A stretch of 64,000 bases of DNA from Candidatus Latescibacterota bacterium (GTDB lineage Bacteria; Latescibacterota; UBA2968; UBA8231), in NCBI GenBank assembly GCA_965217585.1, contig OZ244561.1, positions 3,264,001 through 3,328,000 of the forward strand, given 5' to 3'. Shown piece by piece: positions 1-8,828 of this stretch (positions are counted from its first letter, which is position 1; every line of letters starts with the position of its first letter). A model generated the notes under the pieces. It had not been told where the DNA came from and made no database searches. It saw only the letters and a list, made by a program, of their open reading frames with translations. Position numbers and translations under genes: made by a program.

Positions 1-1
1 T

Positions 2-2020
2 GAAAGTGGTGTAAAAATACCAGTCAATTATTATGTATGGTCCGATGTTTTTACGTGTCCCGAGTGTGTTCTTGAATTCCCCTTTTTCCCTCATGGTATC
101 ATCCACCACGGTAATAAAGTAGAGACTCGTAAGAGTTTTTCTTGTCCGTCATGCGGTGCAGAACTGAATGTCCGAAAAGTGGAAAGAGTAATTGTTTATG
201 AGGGAAAGAAAAAACAGCTCGTTTGGGTGAATGCTGGTTCCGGTAGGAATCGAATAAGCAGAGCTCCTACAGAATACGATTTGTCTCTCGATAAGGAAAT
301 TTTCAATATAACTAGTACAGAATGGTATCCAGTTGAAGAGATAGACCCAGAAGGCTACTCGGCAAAGCTCGCTCAACTTGGTGACAAGGCAATTACGGAT
401 GTGTCTCGATTCTTGTCAAAGCGCAATCTCATTGTTTTCAGTGACTTATGGTCACGCATCAATGAGATTAAGGATGAATCACTCATGAATCTATGTAGAG
501 CAACTCTATCCTCTATATTCACGGTTGTATCAGAAAGGCAGGGCTATTTTGGCGGTGGTGGTGGTATGTCCGGCAACCTATATATGCCAATAGTTCGAAT
601 GGAGAAGAATATATTCGGTGTTTTGCGTAGAAAACTAAAAAAGCTTGAGGCTGCCGAGAAGAAAAAGCGAAATCAGGAAACGACTACTATCGTGACTACA
701 CAATCCCTCACAACCCTTACCGCTTTGCCCAACAATTCGATTGACTACGTCTATACCGATCCACCATTTGGGGCGAACATTATTTATTCAGAGATGAATC
801 TATTATTGGAAAGTTGGATTAAAGTGAAAACTAATAGATCCGATGAAGCAGTTATTGACGAAACTAGGAATAGAGAGTTTGAAGACTATGCATTATTAAT
901 GGGAGCGTGCTTCAGAGAATGTCACCGTGTACTCAAACCTGGTCGTTGGATGACCGTAGAGTTCCACAATACAATGGCAAGCGTATGGAACTTGATACAA
1001 ACAGCTATAGGTGAGAGCGGATTCGTTATTGCTCAAGTTGACGTATTCGACAAAGGTTCAACAACCATATTGGCAGATATTCGTCCAGGTGCAGTGAAAC
1101 AGGATTTGATTATCTCAGCATATAAACCCAATGGAGGACTTGAGCGGAGGTTTGAACTAGAATCAGGAACTGAGGACGGCGTCTGGGATTTTGTACGTAC
1201 TCATCTAAAGCAACTACCAGTCTTTGTTTCTAACAATGGTCAAGCCGAGGTCATTGCCGAGCGCCAGGACTTCCTGCTCTTTGACCGCATGGTTGCCTTT
1301 CATGTCCAGCGAGGGGTGACGGTTCCTTTGTCCGCTGCTGAGTTTTACGTCGGTCTAGGACAGCGATTTCCTTCACGTGACGGTATGTATTTCCTGCCCA
1401 ACCAAGCTGCCGAGTACGATAAGAAGCGAATGACGGTCAAGGAGGTTCTCCAACTTCAGCTTTTCGTCTCCGACGAAGCCTCGGCTATCCAGTGGCTTAA
1501 GCAGCAGCTCACCAAGAAACCTCAGACTTTTCAGGACATCCATCCTCAATTCCTGAAAGAGATCGGCGGCTGGCAAAAGCACGAGAAGCTGCCAGAACTG
1601 TCCGAAATGTTGGAGCAGAACTTCCTATCCTATGACGGCAAGGGCGAAGTGCCCAATCAGATTCACAGCTATCTTTCGTCGAACTTCAAGGAGCTACGCA
1701 ATCTGGCCAAGGACAACCCATCGCTTAAGGACAAGGCCAAGGATCGCTGGTATGTGCCCGACCCAAATAAGGCAGACAACTTGGAGAAGCTGCGCGAGAA
1801 GGCGCTGCTCAAGGAGTTCGAGGAGTACAAGCAGGCCAAGAAGAAGCTCAGGGTCTTCCGGCTGGAAGCTGTCCGTGCAGGCTTCAAAAAAGCCTATCAG
1901 GAACGCGACTACGCCACGATTATAGCGTTGGCCGAGAAAATCCCCAACAACGTCCTCGAAGAAGACCCAAAGCTGCTTTTGTGGTACGACCAAGCAGTAA
2001 CAAGAATGGGAGGTGAATAG
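2..2020 (+). CDS. pglX: BREX type-3 DNA methyltransferase PglXI (5'-truncated by window edge)
   Basis: Frame is open from base 2 (YVWSDVFTCPEC...CPSC Zn motifs upstream of the listed ORF); amino-MTase motif YTDPPF; conserved C-terminus (WYVPDPNKA.DLEKLREKALLKEF); pglZ and brxA follow. Confidence 0.85.
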   Translation, partial: ESGVKIPVNYYVWSDVFTCPECVLEFPFFPHGIIHHGNKVETRKSFSCPSCGAELNVRKVERVIVYEGKKKQLVWVNAGSGRNRISRAPTEYDLSLDKEIFNITSTEWYPVEEIDPEGYSAKLAQLGDKAITDVSRFLSKRNLIVFSDLWSRINEIKDESLMNLCRATLSSIFTVVSERQGYFGGGGGMSGNLYMPIVRMEKNIFGVLRRKLKKLEAAEKKKRNQETTTIVTTQSLTTLTALPNNSIDYVYTDPPFGANIIYSEMNLLLESWIKVKTNRSDEAVIDETRNREFEDYALLMGACFRECHRVLKPGRWMTVEFHNTMASVWNLIQTAIGESGFVIAQVDVFDKGSTTILADIRPGAVKQDLIISAYKPNGGLERRFELESGTEDGVWDFVRTHLKQLPVFVSNNGQAEVIAERQDFLLFDRMVAFHVQRGVTVPLSAAEFYVGLGQRFPSRDGMYFLPNQAAEYDKKRMTVKEVLQLQLFVSDEASAIQWLKQQLTKKPQTFQDIHPQFLKEIGGWQKHEKLPELSEMLEQNFLSYDGKGEVPNQIHSYLSSNFKELRNLAKDNPSLKDKAKDRWYVPDPNKADNLEKLREKALLKEFEEYKQAKKKLRVFRLEAVRAGFKKAYQERDYATIIALAEKIPNNVLEEDPKLLLWYDQAVTRMGGE

Positions 2021-2023
2021 CTA

Positions 2024-3931
2024 ATGATTACCAAATGGAATGTATCTAATTTCAAGTCGATTTGCGAGGAGACCGAATTAGCTCTTGGACCGCTAACAAT
2101 TTTCGCCGGTGCGAATAGTAGCGGCAAGAGTACGTTTATTCAATCCATTCTACTCATTGCTCAAACGCTAGCACATAAAGTTGATTCCAGATCGGTTGTT
2201 TTGAACGGTGCATTGATTAGCCTCGGTCAGTTTGACGATATGAAATCGAACGGCAGTGAATCGGATCAGATAACCATCAAATGCACTTGCCGTCCTATAT
2301 CTGAGCAGTACAGGCCATTAGCGAGCATGCCTCATCGTACCAGCTACTACGATCCGTGGCTCTCTCAGTTTCAGGAGATCGCTTGCGAGCTATCTTTTGA
2401 CGCCGATCCTGCAAGTTCCCAGCGGGATATATTTCAGATACGACCGCGACTTTTTGCAACGCAGTTATCCTGTACAGTCAGAGATGAAGATAATGTGGAC
2501 CAAAAGGCTGAAATCTTTATTCGCCATTCCGACAAGACGATCTCTGAAATCGATGGGATAGGTGCTGTCAATGAACTTGATGAGTCAGTACGCGCCAGCA
2601 TGGCGTACGAGGTCCGTTTTGATGATAGTTCTATGGAAGAGATGGAAGAGCAATACATGTCGGCAAAGCCTATAGGATGTGCTCTGCGTCATTTTCTTCC
2701 TGAGCAAATTACTTGCGGAATTGACACGATCAAAGAGGATGCTAATAGAATAGTTCATGTTCTGACGAGCAGTGGCCGAAAAACTGTTGGGTTTCAGCGT
2801 GTCATGAAGAGAAATATTTTTCTCTCCAAGGAAATAATTGCCATCTTGCGTCGTGTTCTCGGGAACACTATCGATTTTGATGGGACTTTCAATAATGAAC
2901 CCCAACAAGGGCTGTTACCGGGTATGGGTTTAGAGGGAATGAGAATCCGTACTTGGCATAAGAATTTTCTCAAACTGTCCGATAAAGACCGAGTGAAAGT
3001 TCAACGAGCACTGAGAGAACAGGATGATCTTTCCGAATTAATTTATGAGGCAATGAGAGCTTCCAATGTTTCGTCGTCTGAGTCCCACAGATTCATCCAA
3101 GTCAGTCCGCCTTACTTGATTGCTGAGGCCACAAATTACTTAGATGACTTTTTTTCCTCATCGTTAAAATACCTCGGACCTTTACGAGATGCTCCAAAGC
3201 CTTTATATCCTCTTACTCCAGCAGCCAATCCGTATGATGTCGGTCTGCGTGGGGAGCACACGGCCTCAATCCTTGATCGACATAAAAACAAAAAAATCGA
3301 GTATATACCTTCAGCCAATTTCGAATCCTCGCTCATAAATCGTAAAATGGTCACCAGAAGCCTTGAAGTCGCAGTGGTTGACTGGCTTCAATATCTTGGT
3401 GTCGCCAAGTCTGTAAATAGTCGAGACCGAGGCAAGCTAGGGCATGAATTGAAAGTGGCACTTTCCGACTCAGATGGCACTCACGACCTTACGCATGTCG
3501 GCGTTGGTGTAAGCCAGGTTCTTCCTATCTTGGTTATGGGCCTCTTGGCTGATACCGACACAACCCTAGTGTTTGAGCAGCCAGAACTACATCTACATCC
3601 AAAGGTTCAGACCTTGCTAGGAGATTTCTTTCTCTCTATGGCATTATGTAATAAACAATGTATCGTCGAAACCCACAGTGAGTACCTTATTGACCGACTA
3701 AGATTCCGAATTGCTGCGGCATATCCAGAAAGCGAATTGAACAACTTGGCAAAAATCTACTTTGTCGAAAAGCCAGCTCAAAACTCATCCTTCCGGGAAG
3801 TAGTGATTAACGAATATGGTGCTATTTCCGACTGGCCCGAAGGCTTTTTTGACCAATCACAGAAGCAGGCGGAGGAAATTCTTCGTGCTGCTGCTAAAAA
3901 GAGAAAAGCCAGTCGGAAGGGAGACCGATGA
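2024..3931 (+). CDS. ABC/AAA_21-type ATPase with DUF3696-like C-terminus
   Basis: Walker A GANSSGKS; signature VGVGVSQ; Walker B/D-loop FEQPELHLHP; H-loop ETHSE; C-terminal DWPEGFFDQ. Confidence 0.85.
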   Translation: MITKWNVSNFKSICEETELALGPLTIFAGANSSGKSTFIQSILLIAQTLAHKVDSRSVVLNGALISLGQFDDMKSNGSESDQITIKCTCRPISEQYRPLASMPHRTSYYDPWLSQFQEIACELSFDADPASSQRDIFQIRPRLFATQLSCTVRDEDNVDQKAEIFIRHSDKTISEIDGIGAVNELDESVRASMAYEVRFDDSSMEEMEEQYMSAKPIGCALRHFLPEQITCGIDTIKEDANRIVHVLTSSGRKTVGFQRVMKRNIFLSKEIIAILRRVLGNTIDFDGTFNNEPQQGLLPGMGLEGMRIRTWHKNFLKLSDKDRVKVQRALREQDDLSELIYEAMRASNVSSSESHRFIQVSPPYLIAEATNYLDDFFSSSLKYLGPLRDAPKPLYPLTPAANPYDVGLRGEHTASILDRHKNKKIEYIPSANFESSLINRKMVTRSLEVAVVDWLQYLGVAKSVNSRDRGKLGHELKVALSDSDGTHDLTHVGVGVSQVLPILVMGLLADTDTTLVFEQPELHLHPKVQTLLGDFFLSMALCNKQCIVETHSEYLIDRLRFRIAAAYPESELNNLAKIYFVEKPAQNSSFREVVINEYGAISDWPEGFFDQSQKQAEEILRAAAKKRKASRKGDR

Positions 3932-4956
3932 GTAGTTTGCCTGGTGTGACAATCGATGCAAGCGTCCTTGCCGTCCCTCATTTCTCCTGTACCAAAGATG
4001 ATGCGTTCCAGTATGTGGATACCTTACTGGACTGGAGCAAGCTACTTGATGAGACGTGGGTAGTCACCTACATGAGTGAAAGGGTTTCAGAGGTTCTTGA
4101 CAATGATGGACTTTATCCACTTCGAGGTCATCTTAGAGAACTCTTTAATACACACGGAATCGTCGAGTACGACGTAAATACTGTCGCCACAATTACAGAG
4201 AGATTGCTGACGCTCACTCCATCTTTTGAAGCCCGTTATCAAGTCGAAGACGTTTTATCTGACAACCTTGAAACGGAGCCAGATATTATTGGTCTCACAA
4301 CACATGATGGTCTTCGGTCCGTGATTGCAGTTTTGAGAAAGTATTGTTCGCAGCCTCTGGGGGGACATTCCCTCGTACTAAGAAAAGCCCCAAAACAAGT
4401 CGTTCAAGTCAGAACACAAATTCACGATCTTGAACATGATAGAGATGATCTTCCAGATCTACCCTGTCCTCCTGAATTTTTTGAAGGCGATGTACTGGTA
4501 TGCGACGATTTTAGAGGCTTGATAGAGTGTCTCGACGAATCGGTAATACTTGTTGATGCCTCCGACGATTTTGGAATTGAACTTTCAATCCGAATCGCCT
4601 TGTTCAAACAGGCTCTTTCCCAAAGTAAGGATCCAGACTGGGAAACCATCCAAGTCCCAAGTATCGGTTCTAAATTTCGTAAAACTTGCCAACAATTGTG
4701 CAATAATACGGGGAATTCTTTGCCACCAAAAATACTCCGCTCCATAGTCGAAACAATTAAAGGACTGAACAAGGACGCTGTTCACGCACTCAGGACTGGG
4801 CGGGGTGGCAATGATCCACAGCGTACACGCGGTTTTGATAAAGCTCAGCGACGTGATATAGATCAAGAATTTCATCTCCACTATTGGGACTGTGCCGACG
4901 GCCGTATCGAGTTAGCATCTGTCGTTTATCACAATGATTTTTCGATACCGGAATAA
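3928..4956 (+). CDS. Hypothetical protein, putative effector/toxin partner of the ATPase
   Basis: 342-aa ORF with ATGA overlap to the ATPase; N-terminal IDASVL (PIN-like start); C-terminal RRDIDQEFHLHYW...IELASVVYH resembles a RelE/BECR-like fold (inference). Confidence 0.65.
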   Translation: MSSLPGVTIDASVLAVPHFSCTKDDAFQYVDTLLDWSKLLDETWVVTYMSERVSEVLDNDGLYPLRGHLRELFNTHGIVEYDVNTVATITERLLTLTPSFEARYQVEDVLSDNLETEPDIIGLTTHDGLRSVIAVLRKYCSQPLGGHSLVLRKAPKQVVQVRTQIHDLEHDRDDLPDLPCPPEFFEGDVLVCDDFRGLIECLDESVILVDASDDFGIELSIRIALFKQALSQSKDPDWETIQVPSIGSKFRKTCQQLCNNTGNSLPPKILRSIVETIKGLNKDAVHALRTGRGGNDPQRTRGFDKAQRRDIDQEFHLHYWDCADGRIELASVVYHNDFSIPE

Positions 4957-4967
4957 GACACGAATCA

Positions 4968-6962
4968 ATGGATAGCTGGCGAGACGCCATCCTGAACGAA
5001 TTTGTTCCCAAGGTCAGCAGGCTCACCTTAGTCGCCGACCCAGACGGCCTGTTGGCCGAAGAGAAACTGGCACTGGAGTTGCGTAGGCGCGGGTTTGATC
5101 TCATCGAATTCAAAGATCCGGTCGAGTTCAGATATGTTTATGAATCGAAATATCGTTCGCTCTGGGATCGCGGCGAGTATACGGATCTGGTGGTCATTCT
5201 TCGCCTGCAAGATACCGAACTAACATCGTTGCCCTACGACCTCCTGAAAGCCGGAAGGAAACTATCCTTCAATCTTGGCAAGCTCTTCCCCAACCTGAGC
5301 TATCCAGTCGTCCAGAAGTTGGACCTAAGACTCCTTGACTCTCTGTTTGCTGCAAAGCGCAGATTGCCGCCAGACCGCCTAGGCGATAACACCACCAAGG
5401 ACTTCATTCTTAGCCAAGTATTCGGCATCACCGCAGAGCAGATTAACAACGAGGTGGAACTTCTAAGCACCTTGCTCCGCCTGCATTACGGCAAAATCCA
5501 AGTTCCTCACGAACTGGTTGATCGGCTTGTGCAGGTACTTCGGCGGCAATATGCGTTTCATTCATGGCCTTTAGATGAAATCGTGCCAGACGGCGAAGAG
5601 TTCTTTGCCTTCTTGCAGGAGCGCTGGCCGGTGTTCCTAAACAGACTTGGCAAAGCCGAGCGGATCGGAGAAGGTCAGCGTGAACATAAACTCAAGTATG
5701 GGGGGCCTGCCCTTCTGCCATTCGACCACCAAAATATCAAAATCTACATCGACAATCTGTTCGTCGAAGGAATACTTTTTCCTGTTCAAGCAGCTAACCT
5801 TGATGTGGATGCAAGTTCGTGGATTCGTTGCGGAGTTGTCGAAGCCGATGCAGACGATGACGAGGTACGTATTTCCCGTCTGTTTGAACTCATTGAGCAA
5901 AAGCTACCGACAGTAGAATCTCGCTATGAGGACTGGACGGACCTTGCGCTAAAATGGGCCGAACTCTCTGCCTTGATCCATTATGGAAGCAGCAGTACAC
6001 ACCGATCCCAATGGCGAGAGATAGGCGATGCGTTGAACGAGACCTTTGCCACCTGGCTGAGGGAGCACTACGCCAGCCTTATTACTCTGCCACCAATCCG
6101 TCCCGCGATGGGACATCACCTAGCACGACGGTTGGCTCGCGATATGGAAGACTCCGGCGGAAAGCGCATTGCATTGATTGTGGTCGATGGCCTTTCCCTC
6201 GATCAGTGGGTGACTGTACGCCAGATTCTACACTGGCAAAACAGTGATCTCATAATTCGGGAGTCCGCGACTTTTACTTGGATTCCGACGCTAACTTCCG
6301 TATCCCGGCAGGCGATCTTTTTCGGCAAATCGCCGCAGTTTTTTCCTGCATCCATTAACTCGACCGACAGCGAAGAAAAGCTCTGGCAGCAATTCTGGAC
6401 GGATAACGGTCTTTCTCGTCCTGAGATCGCCTATAAGCGCGGATTAGGCAGTGGTGACATAAGTAAGGATCTCGATGAGACGGTTAATCCCGGCCAGACC
6501 AAGGCCGTGGGCTTGGTTGTGGATATGGTCGATAAGATAATGCACGGTATGCAGCTAGGGGCAGTGGGTATGCACGGTCAGGTCGCGCAGTGGTGCCAAG
6601 GCGGATATCTTGGGAAGCTCATCGACTATCTATTGGATCACGACTATGATGTATGGCTGACATCCGATCACGGCAACATCGAATGCGAGGGCAAAGGGCG
6701 GCCTACTGAGGGAGTCCTCGCGGAAATACGCGGTGCGAGAGCTCGTGTGTACCAAACGCCCGAACTCCGCTCACAAGTAGCATCCGCCTTTACATCGGCC
6801 CGCGAGTGGGAGCCGGTCGGCCTACCCGACAATTACTTTCCCCTGTTAGCTGGCGGCCGAGATGCGTTTGTGAATCCCGGCAATTCAATAGTTGGTCATA
6901 GCGGAATCACCCTTGAGGAAGTCATCGTGCCCTTAGTGAGATTTGAAAGGAGAACGCGGTGA
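4968..6962 (+). CDS. pglZ: BREX-3 phosphatase PglZ
   Basis: Type-3 N-terminus (WRDAILNEF...LTLVADPDGLL); alkaline-phosphatase-superfamily motifs VVDGL, PTLTSVSRQA, DKIMHG, TSDHG, HSGITLEEVIVP. Confidence 0.9.
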   Translation: MDSWRDAILNEFVPKVSRLTLVADPDGLLAEEKLALELRRRGFDLIEFKDPVEFRYVYESKYRSLWDRGEYTDLVVILRLQDTELTSLPYDLLKAGRKLSFNLGKLFPNLSYPVVQKLDLRLLDSLFAAKRRLPPDRLGDNTTKDFILSQVFGITAEQINNEVELLSTLLRLHYGKIQVPHELVDRLVQVLRRQYAFHSWPLDEIVPDGEEFFAFLQERWPVFLNRLGKAERIGEGQREHKLKYGGPALLPFDHQNIKIYIDNLFVEGILFPVQAANLDVDASSWIRCGVVEADADDDEVRISRLFELIEQKLPTVESRYEDWTDLALKWAELSALIHYGSSSTHRSQWREIGDALNETFATWLREHYASLITLPPIRPAMGHHLARRLARDMEDSGGKRIALIVVDGLSLDQWVTVRQILHWQNSDLIIRESATFTWIPTLTSVSRQAIFFGKSPQFFPASINSTDSEEKLWQQFWTDNGLSRPEIAYKRGLGSGDISKDLDETVNPGQTKAVGLVVDMVDKIMHGMQLGAVGMHGQVAQWCQGGYLGKLIDYLLDHDYDVWLTSDHGNIECEGKGRPTEGVLAEIRGARARVYQTPELRSQVASAFTSAREWEPVGLPDNYFPLLAGGRDAFVNPGNSIVGHSGITLEEVIVPLVRFERRTR

Positions 6963-7729
6963 TAGGCAAGCGACATCAAGCCATTGGAGTCAAGCAAGTC
7001 ATCCGCTACGAGTGGATGCAAAAGGCTGCTCAACTACAGCTCGCCGGACTTGACGCTAAGTCAATCCGCCAAGAACTGCACGAATTTCTAACTGATCGAA
7101 AAGGCAGCGGATCTAACGAGGAGCGCAGTAAGTATACTCGGAGCTTCGTCGTTAATAACCTGATGAATATTTGGGTCTCTCCAGTCCCCGAATTAGTTGC
7201 TTTTAGAGACTCAGCTTTAGTCCTTCTCCGCACACATCTGTCAATAGAAGTGGCCGTTCACTGGGGAATGATCTCGGCAGTCTATCCTTTCTGGTTCAAC
7301 GTAGCGTGGCAGACAGGACGCCTATTGACACTGCAAGACCAAGTCACCCAAACGCAAATCGTCCATCGCCTCAAAGAGCAGTATGGCGACCGGGCCACCG
7401 TAAGCCGGTATGCGCGTTACGTCATTCGCTCCTTCGTTGCTTGGGGAATCCTAAGAGAAGCCGCGGCTAAAGGTTGCTACGAAAAATCAGCACCGATGAA
7501 CGTGGTCGATCAGGATCTGGTCATGCTGATGTTTGAGGCCGCTTTGCACACGACCCCCGAAGGCCAAGGAGAGCTGAGCTTATTGCTGAAGCATCCAGCG
7601 TTTTTTCCGTTCCAGCTTTCGGTAATAACAGGTGCCTTCATTGCTCAGCACAGCGACCGAATCGATGTGATCCGATATGGACTAGACGATGAGATGCTGA
7701 AGATGTGTACCGCGCTGAAGCATGGCTGA
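6959..7729 (+). CDS. brxA: BREX-3 BrxA-like protein
   Basis: GTGA overlap with pglZ; 256 aa; motifs HWGM...YPF, EQYGDRATV.R..RYV.RSF..WG and HPAFFPF; canonical position after pglZ. Confidence 0.7.
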   Translation: MIGKRHQAIGVKQVIRYEWMQKAAQLQLAGLDAKSIRQELHEFLTDRKGSGSNEERSKYTRSFVVNNLMNIWVSPVPELVAFRDSALVLLRTHLSIEVAVHWGMISAVYPFWFNVAWQTGRLLTLQDQVTQTQIVHRLKEQYGDRATVSRYARYVIRSFVAWGILREAAAKGCYEKSAPMNVVDQDLVMLMFEAALHTTPEGQGELSLLLKHPAFFPFQLSVITGAFIAQHSDRIDVIRYGLDDEMLKMCTALKHG

Positions 7730-8150
7730 ACAGTTCGACCTATCCACTAGCCCCAGCCCCAGCCAGCGCCTAATTTTTGCCCTATTGGGCATTGGCCAGT
7801 TGGTGTTGGGTACCATTGCTTTCCAGCGCGGCGGCTTCGCGTATGGACTCGCGGTGCTCGCCGGCGGGATCGCGGTGTTCTGCGCGGCGGCCTTCTTCGT
7901 TCACCGCCTCCACCGGCGCTTGGTCTGGCTAGGACCGGAGGGCGTGACCGTCGAAGAGGGCCTGTTTGGCCGGCAGACCTTGGCGTGGGCCGAGGTCAAA
8001 AAGGTGAGTGTGTCGCCGGCCGCGACGGTGTTCCACGCGGCGACGGGCGAAGATATTGTCCTCCCCAACACGGCCGGCCAATCGCCGGATATCGCCCCGT
8101 TTTTAGCGCGGTTGCGCGCCTTGGTAGACGAGCACGAGCTGCGCGGTTAG
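7722..8150 (+). CDS. Small membrane protein (2 TM plus PH-like domain)
   Basis: Two hydrophobic helices followed by a beta-rich segment (GVTVEEGLFGRQTLAWAEV); GC-rich host-like codons. Confidence 0.6.
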   Translation: MAEQFDLSTSPSPSQRLIFALLGIGQLVLGTIAFQRGGFAYGLAVLAGGIAVFCAAAFFVHRLHRRLVWLGPEGVTVEEGLFGRQTLAWAEVKKVSVSPAATVFHAATGEDIVLPNTAGQSPDIAPFLARLRALVDEHELRG

Positions 8151-8161
8151 AGTTGTTTGCC

Positions 8162-8611
8162 CTATTCGGGTGCAGACCCGTTCTGCTTAGGTTGGGCGGC
8201 GGCGAGGTGGGTTTCGATTTTGCCGACGATCTCAGCGGCGGAGTTTTGCTTGGTCACCGTTTCCAGCAGAGTGTGGTCTTGGGCGTTGATGAGTAGGACG
8301 AGGCCGGTTTTGTTGTTGGCCTTGAAGTGGTCTTCTACGTCGAGGGCCGCGGCAAGTAGGCGGGCTTGGGATGTCAACGTTGAGTCGGTGACGTCCAATT
8401 GGACGAAGAGGACGGGTTGATCGGCCACCCCGGCTTGGACTTCTTCGAGGATTGGTACGAGGGCCGTGCAGGAGCCACACCAATCGGCGTGGACTTTGAT
8501 CACGTACAGGGCCGGATCGCCTTCGCCTTCTACCTGGACGGTGCCAGCGAGGGTGGGGGCCGGAGCTAGTAAAAAAGCTAGGGCGGTGAGCGTGAGGACG
8601 TATTTCAGCAT
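8162..8611 (-). CDS. Exported thioredoxin-like protein
   Basis: Signal peptide; HADWCGSC CxxC motif. Confidence 0.8.
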   Translation of the reverse strand: MLKYVLTLTALAFLLAPAPTLAGTVQVEGEGDPALYVIKVHADWCGSCTALVPILEEVQAGVADQPVLFVQLDVTDSTLTSQARLLAAALDVEDHFKANNKTGLVLLINAQDHTLLETVTKQNSAAEIVGKIETHLAAAQPKQNGSAPE

Positions 8612-8828
8612 GATTTGCTCCTATTTAGAAAGGTTGTGGTGTGGTCGGGTCAAAGTCAGTCCGTCGAAAGACGTCCTGACTCGTCGGAAGGTTCCTCGAT
8701 CTTGGGGTAATTCTCCATTGCATTCAACCGCGGCTAGGCTATGAGCGCCAACACTTGCTCGTGTGGCAGGATGGGAAAGGTAAAGTCAGCGCACGCTAGT
8801 TTGAGCTGCATAAATCCTCCATTCTTTG

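Noticed and set aside
550-566. GGT repeat in pglXI as a phase-variation tract
   Set aside because: A short in-frame triplet run encoding GGGGG; slippage would not switch the frame.
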